Shown: positions 54,675 to 62,524 of the stretch, piece by piece | Numbering within the stretch: the stretch's first letter is position 1 | How the letters are laid out: each line of letters opens with the position of its first letter | Assembly (NCBI GenBank): GCA_030431715.1 | Contig: JAUIIO010000007.1 | Span: forward strand, 33,756 to 97,755 | Origin: a bacterium | GTDB taxonomy: Bacteria > Bdellovibrionota_C > UBA2361 > RFPC01 | Length of the DNA stretch: 64,000 nucleotides | Reading direction: 5' to 3' | The notes under the pieces: model-generated | Databases searched by the model: none | What the model saw: the letters and a program-made list of their open reading frames with translations, nothing else | What the model was told of the DNA's origin: nothing | Position numbers and translations under genes: made by a program

Positions 54675-56621
54675 ATGCGATTGTTTTCTTCCGGGATAGT
54701 GCTCGTTTTCATTTTACTTCTCGGGCTTGCCCTGCGGCTGGACTTTCTTATGGCCAGTCATTTTGTATTTGATGCGGATGAGGGAATAGTCGGCCTTATG
54801 GCCCTTCATCACAGTCATGGTGAGTCGATGCCTGCGTTTTATTATGGTCAGGCGTATATGGGCAGCCTTGAGCCCTTCCTCGTAAGTTTACTCATCGGTG
54901 CAGGGGTACCTCCACTTGTTGCTTTAAAGGTTATCCCACTGCTCTTTTCACTTATTCTTATTTACGTTCTCTACCTTCTTGGAGTTGAAGTTGCGGGGCG
55001 AAGAGGTGGGATATATTCAGCTCTCCTTGCCGCCGTTGCTCCGGCGACACTTATACTCTGGAGTTCTAAGGCAAGGGGTGGTTTTATTGAGACCGTTTGT
55101 CTCGGTGCTATGGCGTTACTCTGGACGATCCGATGGATGAGAAGTGGAGAGCGGGGGCTTTGGGGATTGGCACTCATTGGTTTTGTGCTTGGAGCGGGAT
55201 GGTGGATTAATAACCAGATCTTATACTTCATGCTTCCCATTGGCTTTGTGGTACTTACGCAGGTCAGATCCTTTAAGGACATGGTACGCTTTGCTCTCAT
55301 TGGATTTACATCGTTCTTCATCGGTGGCTTGCCTTTTTGGATTGAGAATTTTCGTACGAATTTTAGCACGTTTCGAACTCTGGGTGGCGGAGCTGGTAAG
55401 GGAGTACTCAAGCATGTAGAGGGATTCTTTTATGAAGCTTTGCCGATACTCTTTGGTGCACAGCGCTACTGGGGAGGACGGGTGACTTTTGAGGGGAGTA
55501 CCTTATTTCTTTGGATCCTTCTTCTTTCGATGCTGTTAGTGGTGCTCTCGCTGCGCTACAAGCAGGTTGTAAACCTTTTTCGTTTACGAGTCTCAAGCGA
55601 TGGGGGAGTCGAACTGCTCTTGCTCTTTCTCTTTTCGGTTATGTGCGTGTTCTGTCTGAGCTCATTCGGTTACTTGAGCAAGGCCCCGAGATACCTTCTG
55701 CCAATATACGCAGGATATTTTCCTCTCCTTGCATACGCATTGGTGAGTATCAGGGAGAAATACTCATCTCGACTTGCTTCTATTTTTCTATCGCTCTTCT
55801 TGATCCTTCATGTGCTTTCTTCTTATTCGGGTGGGAGGGCGTTGCCCGGAGAACCATTTGTTTTTAAGGGGCAACGAGTAGCAAAAGATCACTCTGAGCT
55901 TATCTCTTGGTTAGAAGAGAAGAAAATAGGACTCGTCAGAACAAATTACTGGATCGGTTATCGTTTGTCTTATGAGACGGAAGAAAAGGTACGGTTTCTC
56001 ATGTTTCAGGAACCGGGACAGGTCCGTATTCCGGAATATGAAAAGGTAATTTCGCCTGAGCTTCGAAAGGAAGTTCCTTTCGTTTTGGTCCCTGCACAGG
56101 CTCGTATCGTTCGTACTGGGCTTGAGCTCGCCGGATACGCGTTTAAATCTATCCGCCTCTCCGGATATGTAGTGCTTTACGATATCAAGGCCCCCATATT
56201 CCCCGAGCACAGGGTGAGAAGGGATGATGTTATTCTTACGGCCTCAGATCAGTCTGAAATGGCAAGTTTTGCTCTCGATAACGATACGTCTACACGGTGG
56301 GCCAGTGGTCGACCACAGTCACCCGGAATGAGCTTTTCCATAGCCCTTAAAGATCCTCGAAAACTAAAATTCTTGTCTTATTCCCTCGGGGACTGGCCTC
56401 ACGACGCCCCCGTGCAGTTAAGGATCGATGTTGTGGATACCGAGGGACAGAAAACCAGAGTCGTCGGGAAGAAGTCCATACAGATGCTCTCCTATGCATT
56501 CTATAAGGAGCCTTTTCATATAGCCTTGCCCGACGTCGAGATCCAAGAGGTCATCTTTAGCCAGAACGGGAGTCACCCCATTTTTGATTGGTCAATAGCT
56601 GAGATAGAGTTACTCTATTAG
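54675..56621 (+). CDS. GT-C (family 39/ArnT/PMT-like) membrane glycosyltransferase with C-terminal F5/8 type C (discoidin)-like domain
   Basis: More than 10 TM helices, first-loop FDADEG motif. C-terminal ASDQSEMASFALDNDTSTRWASGRPQSPGMSFSIAL is typical of discoidin/CBM32-like domains. Confidence 0.65.
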   Translation: MRLFSSGIVLVFILLLGLALRLDFLMASHFVFDADEGIVGLMALHHSHGESMPAFYYGQAYMGSLEPFLVSLLIGAGVPPLVALKVIPLLFSLILIYVLYLLGVEVAGRRGGIYSALLAAVAPATLILWSSKARGGFIETVCLGAMALLWTIRWMRSGERGLWGLALIGFVLGAGWWINNQILYFMLPIGFVVLTQVRSFKDMVRFALIGFTSFFIGGLPFWIENFRTNFSTFRTLGGGAGKGVLKHVEGFFYEALPILFGAQRYWGGRVTFEGSTLFLWILLLSMLLVVLSLRYKQVVNLFRLRVSSDGGVELLLLFLFSVMCVFCLSSFGYLSKAPRYLLPIYAGYFPLLAYALVSIREKYSSRLASIFLSLFLILHVLSSYSGGRALPGEPFVFKGQRVAKDHSELISWLEEKKIGLVRTNYWIGYRLSYETEEKVRFLMFQEPGQVRIPEYEKVISPELRKEVPFVLVPAQARIVRTGLELAGYAFKSIRLSGYVVLYDIKAPIFPEHRVRRDDVILTASDQSEMASFALDNDTSTRWASGRPQSPGMSFSIALKDPRKLKFLSYSLGDWPHDAPVQLRIDVVDTEGQKTRVVGKKSIQMLSYAFYKEPFHIALPDVEIQEVIFSQNGSHPIFDWSIAEIELLY

Positions 56622-56891
56622 TTGACGTTTTATTTGTACTTTTGCCTCCTCAGGGAGCTTAATGTCAGAAGATTCGGATTCGTAAGGTTCAAAGAGTGTC
56701 CGAATTCCCTTTTGAATAGCCTGAAATTGACAAAGCGTATTTCTACAAAGCGAGCAGAGTAGAAGATGGAAGCGGAGGAGGAAGCGCTCTTTATGTGTTA
56801 TGGTGCCGTCAAGTTTCTTAGAGCAGAGCTCGCGCGCTTTTCGGCAATTTATAAGAAATAGAAAATCTCGTTCCATCATTACTCGGGCCAA
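56610..56891 (-). CDS. anti-sigma factor, zf-HC2 type
   Basis: C-x21-HLLLCSLC (H-x3-C-x2-C) zinc-finger pattern; start overlaps the ECF sigma stop by 13 nt. Confidence 0.7.
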   Translation of the reverse strand: MARVMMERDFLFLINCRKARELCSKKLDGTITHKERFLLRFHLLLCSLCRNTLCQFQAIQKGIRTLFEPYESESSDIKLPEEAKVQIKRQLIE

Positions 56892-57430
56892 TTTTTTCCG
56901 AGACAGCTCCGTAGCTGCTCACGAGCTCTGTGCAGAAGTACTCCTACATGAGACGTTGAAATGCCAAATTCGTTACAGATTTCGCTTCTATTATGCCCCT
57001 CGACCTCCTTGAGGATAAAGATTGTTCGGAGTTTGTCCGGCAGTTTTTGCAAGCAATTTTCAAGTGTTGAGAGGAATTGCTTCTGCTCGAGATGGTCTAC
57101 CGGGTTTAGTCGCCAGTCTGTTTCATCGCTGAGATTCTGTCCCAAAAGATCCTCTTCGATAGATGAGTTTGTCGACGATTGAGGTGTACGCGCATCACGT
57201 CGGAATTGGTCAATGATCTTGTGCCTGAGAATGCTTGTGAGCCAAGTTCTAAGTGTTGAATCGCCCTTGAACTTCTCCTTTGCCTTAAATGCGGCTAGAA
57301 ATGTTTCTTGGACAAGATCGCGAGCGGCTTCTGGTCGAGAAGTATGCTTAAGTGCATATCGATACAGTGCATCCCCGTGTTCGTCGACCCAGAGCGAAGG
57401 ATTTTGAAGAGTTTGTTTGGAGGAGCTCAT
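56879..57430 (-). CDS. ECF (group IV) sigma-70 factor
   Basis: Region 2 DLVQETFLAAFKAKEKF...RTWLTSILRHKIIDQFRR and region 4 LPDKLRTIFILKEVEGHNRSEICNEFGISTSHVGVLLHRAREQLR. Confidence 0.9.
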   Translation of the reverse strand: MSSSKQTLQNPSLWVDEHGDALYRYALKHTSRPEAARDLVQETFLAAFKAKEKFKGDSTLRTWLTSILRHKIIDQFRRDARTPQSSTNSSIEEDLLGQNLSDETDWRLNPVDHLEQKQFLSTLENCLQKLPDKLRTIFILKEVEGHNRSEICNEFGISTSHVGVLLHRAREQLRSCLGKNWPE

Positions 57431-57544
57431 AGAGTTCTGGTATACTCCATCACGTGAAGATGTATGGTGGACCGTGTAATAGTATGCCCGGCTACTAAGA
57501 GGACGTAAATCCCTAGAAGTATATCAGCAAGAGAGGCAAGGCAG

Positions 57545-58114
57545 ATGGAAGAGGAAATGACTACCCAGAGCGAAGAGCGGTATGAATCTGCCAAGCCACG
57601 GGAGCGTCTCAGAAATAATGAAAGCGTTACGGTTTATAGGAGTTTCTTAGGAGAGGGTGTTCTTGTATTTGCTCTGCTCGCATCTTTTCTGCTTGTGAGA
57701 ATGATTATCTACACCATTCCATCCACTCTCTGGGAGACTCAGTTCTTTGTCCTTCTTGGGATTCCATTTGGATTTGTTTGGTCTCCACTTGAATGCATTC
57801 CTCTCATCATCGTAGGTGTTATCCTTTTTCGTATCTATGATGAGCGCTACGTAATTGAGTCGGATGCCGTGCTTCGCATTACAGGGTTATCAAGCATTGG
57901 TATTCGTACAACGGAAGCTTACCTTAAAAATGTTCGCGTGATTCGTGTGGAGCAAAACTGGTATCAGACCATTTTTGGTATTGGTGATGTGCGTGTATGC
58001 ACAAGCCACCTTGAGGAGGGCGATATCTGTTTGCGAGGAGTTGCAAACCCTTTTCAGAGAAAAGCACTTATAGAAAGACGTATGCACGGATCAGAAGAAG
58101 AGCTTATGGCGTAA
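57545..58114 (+). CDS. membrane protein with bacterial PH (bPH_2/YdbS-like) domain
   Basis: Two TM helices followed by YDERYVIESDAVLRITGL...VRVIRVEQNWYQTIFGIGDVRV. Confidence 0.6.
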   Translation: MEEEMTTQSEERYESAKPRERLRNNESVTVYRSFLGEGVLVFALLASFLLVRMIIYTIPSTLWETQFFVLLGIPFGFVWSPLECIPLIIVGVILFRIYDERYVIESDAVLRITGLSSIGIRTTEAYLKNVRVIRVEQNWYQTIFGIGDVRVCTSHLEEGDICLRGVANPFQRKALIERRMHGSEEELMA

Positions 58115-58823
58115 GTACTCGTTCTTGTTCTTCGATCAGTTCAAGTATCCCTTTCTCAGCAACATCAAGGAGCTTATTGAGGAGATCGCGAGAGAAGGGG
58201 TTTCCTTCTGCTGTTCCCTGAACTTCAATAAGCTCCCTGTCCTTATTCATAACGAAATTCGCATCAACCTCAGCGGCTACGTCTTCTTCGTAGCACAGGT
58301 CGAGCATGACCTGATTATCAATGATGCCAGCGCTAATAGCTGCAACCGGAGAGAGTAGCGCCTCAGACGGGATTTTTCCCTTCGCTATGAGATCATTCAG
58401 AGCTTTTCTCAGCGCGATGTAGCCACCCGTGATCGAAGCTGTTCTCGTACCGCCATCTGCTTGGATAACGTCACAATCGACAGTTATGGTTCTTTGGCCT
58501 AGTAAGCGCAGATCCACCGATGCACGGAGTGAGCGACCAATGAGTCTCTGAATCTCCTGTGAGCGTCCACCAGGCCCATGTCGCTCTCTTCGAGAGCGGG
58601 TGAGTCCGGAGCGCGGAAGCATGGAGTATTCAGCCGTTATCCAGCCTCCTTCTTCTTCCTGAGATTTCATCCATGGGGGCACGCTTTCTTCGATACTGGC
58701 GTTGCAGAGGACTCTAGTGTTGCCCATAGATATGAGCACTGAGCCTTCAGCGCAGGGTACAAAGTCCATTTCAAGGCCTAGCTTTCTCAGTGAATCTTGT
58801 GATCGGCCATTTTCTCGCTTCAT
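58104..58823 (-). CDS. rph: ribonuclease PH
   Basis: GGRSQEIQRLIGRSLRA, DCDVIQADGGTRTASITGGYIAL; ATG at 58823 preferred over TTG at 58829. Confidence 0.95.
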   Translation of the reverse strand: MKRENGRSQDSLRKLGLEMDFVPCAEGSVLISMGNTRVLCNASIEESVPPWMKSQEEEGGWITAEYSMLPRSGLTRSRRERHGPGGRSQEIQRLIGRSLRASVDLRLLGQRTITVDCDVIQADGGTRTASITGGYIALRKALNDLIAKGKIPSEALLSPVAAISAGIIDNQVMLDLCYEEDVAAEVDANFVMNKDRELIEVQGTAEGNPFSRDLLNKLLDVAEKGILELIEEQERVLTP

Positions 58824-58868
58824 ATGCAACCCTACTCATAAATTGTTGTTTCTTTTAAGGTATATACT

Positions 58869-58956
58869 AAACACAGAGCTCACAGAGAACACAGAGATAT
58901 TCAGTATGTTGGAAAAAAATTTTTCCAACCTCTGTGATCTCTGTGCACTCTGTGTT
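58869..58956. repeat. heptad-arm inverted-repeat element, CACAGAG variant with flipped arm order
   Basis: AAACACAGAGCTCACAGAGAACACAGAG (58869-58896) and CTCTGTGATCTCTGTGCACTCTGTGTT (58930-58956) flank the AT-rich palindrome GTTGGAAAAAAATTTTTCCAAC (58908-58929). Confidence 0.85.
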
Positions 58957-59018
58957 CTATTTTCACATGAGATACTCCCATGAAATGTGAGTGCAATGTT
59001 TAAATTCAGTAACTATTT

Positions 59019-59576
59019 ATGAAAGACGAAAAAATCCAAACATTCATGAAACTTGCCGGGCAAAAGGTGGCGCAGTCATTTCAAGTAGGAGATGATGAGC
59101 AGCGCAAGCTAGGGGCCCAGCTCCTTCTGTCTGAGGTCCTCGAATATGTTATTAAAGGCCTCGGAGTTACTCCTGTAGTTAGTGGTACACCAATTGAGGA
59201 CCCTAATGGACTTGCATATGAGGTTCGCAGTTCGAAGCCTGACCACTTGGAGATGCTCGATGGCTTAGCGGACGTTGCGTATACGATGTATTGGAACTCG
59301 TGTGCGTTTGGTCTCAGACTAGAAGAGGCCTTTGAGCTGGTGTGCGACAATAATCTTGAAAAGTTCGTGAAACTCGATGGTTGGAGCACTGGTGAAAAAA
59401 CGCTCTCTGAGGCAGAGTGGGATCTCGGAATTGGGGTTACCTGGCCTGAGGAAGTGGTTGAGGTGTCTGTTCTACAAGTTGGAGCGGAGTTTTATGCTAC
59501 CGGTAAGGATAAGAACGGAAAAGTTCGAAAACCATCTTCTTATAAAAGTGTGGATCTAAAACCTTTACTATCATAG
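59019..59576 (+). CDS. hypothetical protein, possibly all-alpha NTP pyrophosphohydrolase (MazG-like)
   Basis: LLLSEVLEYV (ExxE) and LDGLADVAYTMYW (DxxD) spaced as in MazG-like folds; weak functional call. Confidence 0.5.
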   Translation: MKDEKIQTFMKLAGQKVAQSFQVGDDEQRKLGAQLLLSEVLEYVIKGLGVTPVVSGTPIEDPNGLAYEVRSSKPDHLEMLDGLADVAYTMYWNSCAFGLRLEEAFELVCDNNLEKFVKLDGWSTGEKTLSEAEWDLGIGVTWPEEVVEVSVLQVGAEFYATGKDKNGKVRKPSSYKSVDLKPLLS

Positions 59577-59585
59577 GAATTGAGT

Positions 59586-60188
59586 ATGGATGTCTTAGAA
59601 GCAATTGAGCAACGTCGCGCAGTAAAACATTACGATGCAGAGCATCGTATGTCTGAAGAAGAGATTCGTAAGATCCTTACAAGCGCGATACAATCGCCGA
59701 CGGCATTTAACATACAGAACTGGCGCTTTGTGGTAGTTGAGGATCCTGAGCTCAGGAGAAAAATTCGAGGGGCTGCATGGGATCAGGCTCAGGTTACAGA
59801 TGCTTCTCTCCTTATTATACTTTGTGCGGATATGAAGGCTTGGCAAAAAGAGCCAGAGAGGTACTGGAAAGATGCCCCTGAGGCAGCTCGTAATATGCTT
59901 CTTCCAGCCATTGAACAATACTATAGTGGCAAGCCGCAGGTAGAGCGTGATGAGGCTCGTCGTTCGTGCGGTATCGCTGCACAGACGCTTATGTTAACAG
60001 CTAAGGCAATGGGCTATGATTCTTGCCCGATGGACGGCTTTGATTTTGAAGAGGTCGGTAGACTCATCAATCTTCCGGAAGATCATATCGTCACTATGTT
60101 TGTCGTTATCGGAAAGAAGGCAAAAGACGCATGGCCCAAGCCAGGGCAACTCCCTTTGGAAGAAGTCTGGATCAAGGATACCTTCTAG
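59586..60188 (+). CDS. nitroreductase family protein
   Basis: AIEQRRAVKHYD, SPTAFNIQNWRFVVV, MGYDSCPMDGFD. Confidence 0.9.
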   Translation: MDVLEAIEQRRAVKHYDAEHRMSEEEIRKILTSAIQSPTAFNIQNWRFVVVEDPELRRKIRGAAWDQAQVTDASLLIILCADMKAWQKEPERYWKDAPEAARNMLLPAIEQYYSGKPQVERDEARRSCGIAAQTLMLTAKAMGYDSCPMDGFDFEEVGRLINLPEDHIVTMFVVIGKKAKDAWPKPGQLPLEEVWIKDTF

Positions 60189-60193
60189 CCCAG

Positions 60194-60333
60194 TCTCTCC
60201 GAGTTCTCCGCGATCTCCTGTGTTGCTTTAATCTTTTGTAGAGAGGATTGAAGCGTCGGCCGCTTTGCGGAGGGAGAGTATTGTTTCACCAAAGAAGGAA
60301 TAAACAGGGAGCTCGCGGAGAACGCGGAGTGGG
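60194..60333. repeat. heptad-arm inverted-repeat element, copy 3
   Basis: Left arm TCTCTCCGAGTTCTCCGCGATCTCCTGTGTT, right arm AAACAGGGAGCTCGCGGAGAACGCGGAGTGGG. Begins 6 nt after the nitroreductase stop and ends 2 nt before the stop of the 60336-61145 gene. Confidence 0.85.
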
Positions 60334-60335
60334 TG

Positions 60336-61145
60336 TTATGGGGTGTTATTTAAGGCTTCGGGGTCGCGGAAGTCAAACCAAGTAAGTTTAAGGAAAACGT
60401 CTTTTCTCTTAATGTCTAAATTCTTAAGACTTATCTCTACTATATTATTTGCACGTGCGTGTTTTTTCCCTTTTGCAACGAGCTTAACATCGGGCTCTTC
60501 CTTGCTCCGTACATAGAGCTGTGCAGAATTCGAAGGGGAACTTACTTCCTGCGGAAAATATACTAGGATTTGTACGAGGTCTGCTCCGATGCCTAGCCGC
60601 TTATTGAGAAGCTGAACGGTTGCATATCGCGCTACGTTCTTTGTTCTTACTCCGTTTGTAACATCATATTTAAAAGTAAGAGTTTTTCCGTAAACGGGTT
60701 CGTCGGTTTCTTCCTGTCCGAATGTTAAATAACCATCTACTTTGTCGCGAGCGGCAAATTTAATGAGAGGAATGTTATCGACCGTGGCGGCAATGTTTTG
60801 AATCAGTCCTCGACTTCCTTCTCCTCGATCGTCGACTACATAGTCAGGAATGTATCTTGTAAATCCAGTGGCGCCGTCTGAGTCTTTCGGAAGAGAAAAA
60901 GTATCAGATACGCGTATGTTCCGACCGGTTTCCATGTCGATGATAACTTCAGCTTTATACGATGAGAGCACTGGAGTATCGTCGACAAACAGGCCAGCGA
61001 TGTAATTAAGGCATAAAAGGAGTATGACCACTTGGGTGAGAATAGAGAGTGCTTTAAGAGCCGGGGGGAGTTTGTACTCTCCTTCTTGTTCCTTTTTCTT
61101 CTCTTTGATGAGTTGGTTTTTTCTTTTATCCCAGTCTTTTCGCAT
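60336..61145 (-). CDS. membrane-anchored hypothetical protein (269 aa)
   Basis: Lys-rich N-terminus, one TM (ALSILTQVVILLLCLNYIAGLF), beta-rich ectodomain; no motif recognised. Confidence 0.55.
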   Translation of the reverse strand: MRKDWDKRKNQLIKEKKKEQEGEYKLPPALKALSILTQVVILLLCLNYIAGLFVDDTPVLSSYKAEVIIDMETGRNIRVSDTFSLPKDSDGATGFTRYIPDYVVDDRGEGSRGLIQNIAATVDNIPLIKFAARDKVDGYLTFGQEETDEPVYGKTLTFKYDVTNGVRTKNVARYATVQLLNKRLGIGADLVQILVYFPQEVSSPSNSAQLYVRSKEEPDVKLVAKGKKHARANNIVEISLKNLDIKRKDVFLKLTWFDFRDPEALNNTP

Positions 61146-61238
61146 AGTTTTACGTTACCAATGGGGTATCGTGGCAATTCAGGTGACTACAGTTGAGAAT
61201 TCTGTATACTCAAGCATATTGTCATGCTGTTTGGGCTT

Positions 61239-61517
61239 ATGAAAAGACAAATTCTTACATACACTCATAAGGAGCAGGGAGCGAATTTAGTAGAATATGC
61301 GCTCTTGATCAGTCTTGTCGCAGGTCTCTCTGTTGTCGTTCTTACTAGTATTGGTCGTGAAATGGCTGATATCTTTTGCTACACAGCGGGAAAAACCATG
61401 ACCGGCGATGCCGCAACTGCTGATGCAGCTCAATATGGCGGAGCCTACGATTGGGATCAGGGATGCTGTGTGGCCAAGAAGCAAGATGGTTCGCTTGGAG
61501 ATGGTGGATGTCTCTAG
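61239..61517 (+). CDS. flp: Flp/Fap-type (type IVb) prepilin with extended Cys-containing C-terminus
   Basis: KEQG/ANLVEYALLISLVAGLSVVVLTSIG matches the Flp G/xxxxEY processing motif plus hydrophobic helix. The tail has 4 Cys. ATG at 61239 or 61224. Confidence 0.7.
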   Translation: MKRQILTYTHKEQGANLVEYALLISLVAGLSVVVLTSIGREMADIFCYTAGKTMTGDAATADAAQYGGAYDWDQGCCVAKKQDGSLGDGGCL

Positions 61518-61709
61518 TGCTTTGTCCATTAAGTTTTGCTAAGCATCTCTAGAATTTTACACCTCTCTTCCCATCCTCCTTTCTTTTTTTACCTATATAT
61601 GTAACAAAATCTGCTATTAATTTGACTGCAATATCCTGTGGCCTTGGTTGTTTATTGCTCCTCATCGTTTGGTTCGGGTCGCGGGTAGCATATGTATAGG
61701 GAAAATATT

Positions 61710-62513
61710 ATGCGTAATCACACACTACTCCTCGCGTCGTTTTTTTTGTTTGTAAATGTTTTTTCGCTACAGTTCGTCCACGCAGATCCAGCAACCCCGA
61801 CCCTGAGTGATGAAGCGCCAGAGATTAAGATTGATGATCCGTGGGCGCACGACGAAGATTTTAAAGAGGGAGAATGGCAATCGACAGCTAGTCTTGGATT
61901 TAACATGACCGATGGTAACAGTAATACAACGCTTTTTACTGCGGGCCTGAGTTCTGAGATGGAAAAAGGGAAAAATATCTGGCGATTTAAAGGGGAGCAT
62001 AGTTTTGGAGAGGACGACAACGAAACCAACCTCGATCAATCCGAAGCCCTTGCAGAATACAAGCGGCTTATCACAGAACGCATGTATTACGGTCTGGGAA
62101 CCAAGTACACCCGAGATGACATCGCTGATCTTAAGTACCGTGTTTGGATTAATCCCGTCCTCGGTTATTTTTTATACAAAAATAAAGATGTAAAGTTTAA
62201 CATTGAGGGAGGTCCCTCTTATGTATTTGAAGAGCAAGGGGATGATACCAATGACTATTTTGCTCCTCGCTTTGGTGAGCGTCTTTCTTATGCGGTGAGT
62301 AAGACAGCGAGCATTCTTCATGAAGCTTACGTTACCCTTGATACGACCGATAGTGATAACTATATCATTGAAGCTAGGCTTGGACTTTCCACCACGGTAA
62401 CTGAGACGATCAGTCTTGTGATAACGATTGAAGATATCTACGACAACGTTCCGGCAGAGGGACGAGTGCGTAACGATCTGGGTATGTTTAGTACGCTTAG
62501 TCTTGCCTTTTAA
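61710..62513 (+). CDS. DUF481-family outer-membrane beta-barrel protein (YdiY-like)
   Basis: Signal peptide ...FSLQFVHA. SLGFNMTDGNSNTTLFTAGLS, AEYKRLITERMYYGLGTKYTRD and a C-terminal aromatic residue (LAF) are typical. Confidence 0.7.
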   Translation: MRNHTLLLASFFLFVNVFSLQFVHADPATPTLSDEAPEIKIDDPWAHDEDFKEGEWQSTASLGFNMTDGNSNTTLFTAGLSSEMEKGKNIWRFKGEHSFGEDDNETNLDQSEALAEYKRLITERMYYGLGTKYTRDDIADLKYRVWINPVLGYFLYKNKDVKFNIEGGPSYVFEEQGDDTNDYFAPRFGERLSYAVSKTASILHEAYVTLDTTDSDNYIIEARLGLSTTVTETISLVITIEDIYDNVPAEGRVRNDLGMFSTLSLAF

Positions 62514-62524
62514 TAGGCAGTTCT

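Noticed and set aside
44504-60333. Heptad-arm repeats considered as a CRISPR array or as integron attC sites
   Set aside because: The arms are inverted, not direct. The copies are dispersed between ordinary genes rather than arrayed, and no cas or integrase genes are present. The conserved AAAC/GTT ends face the core rather than the outside, as attC R boxes would require.
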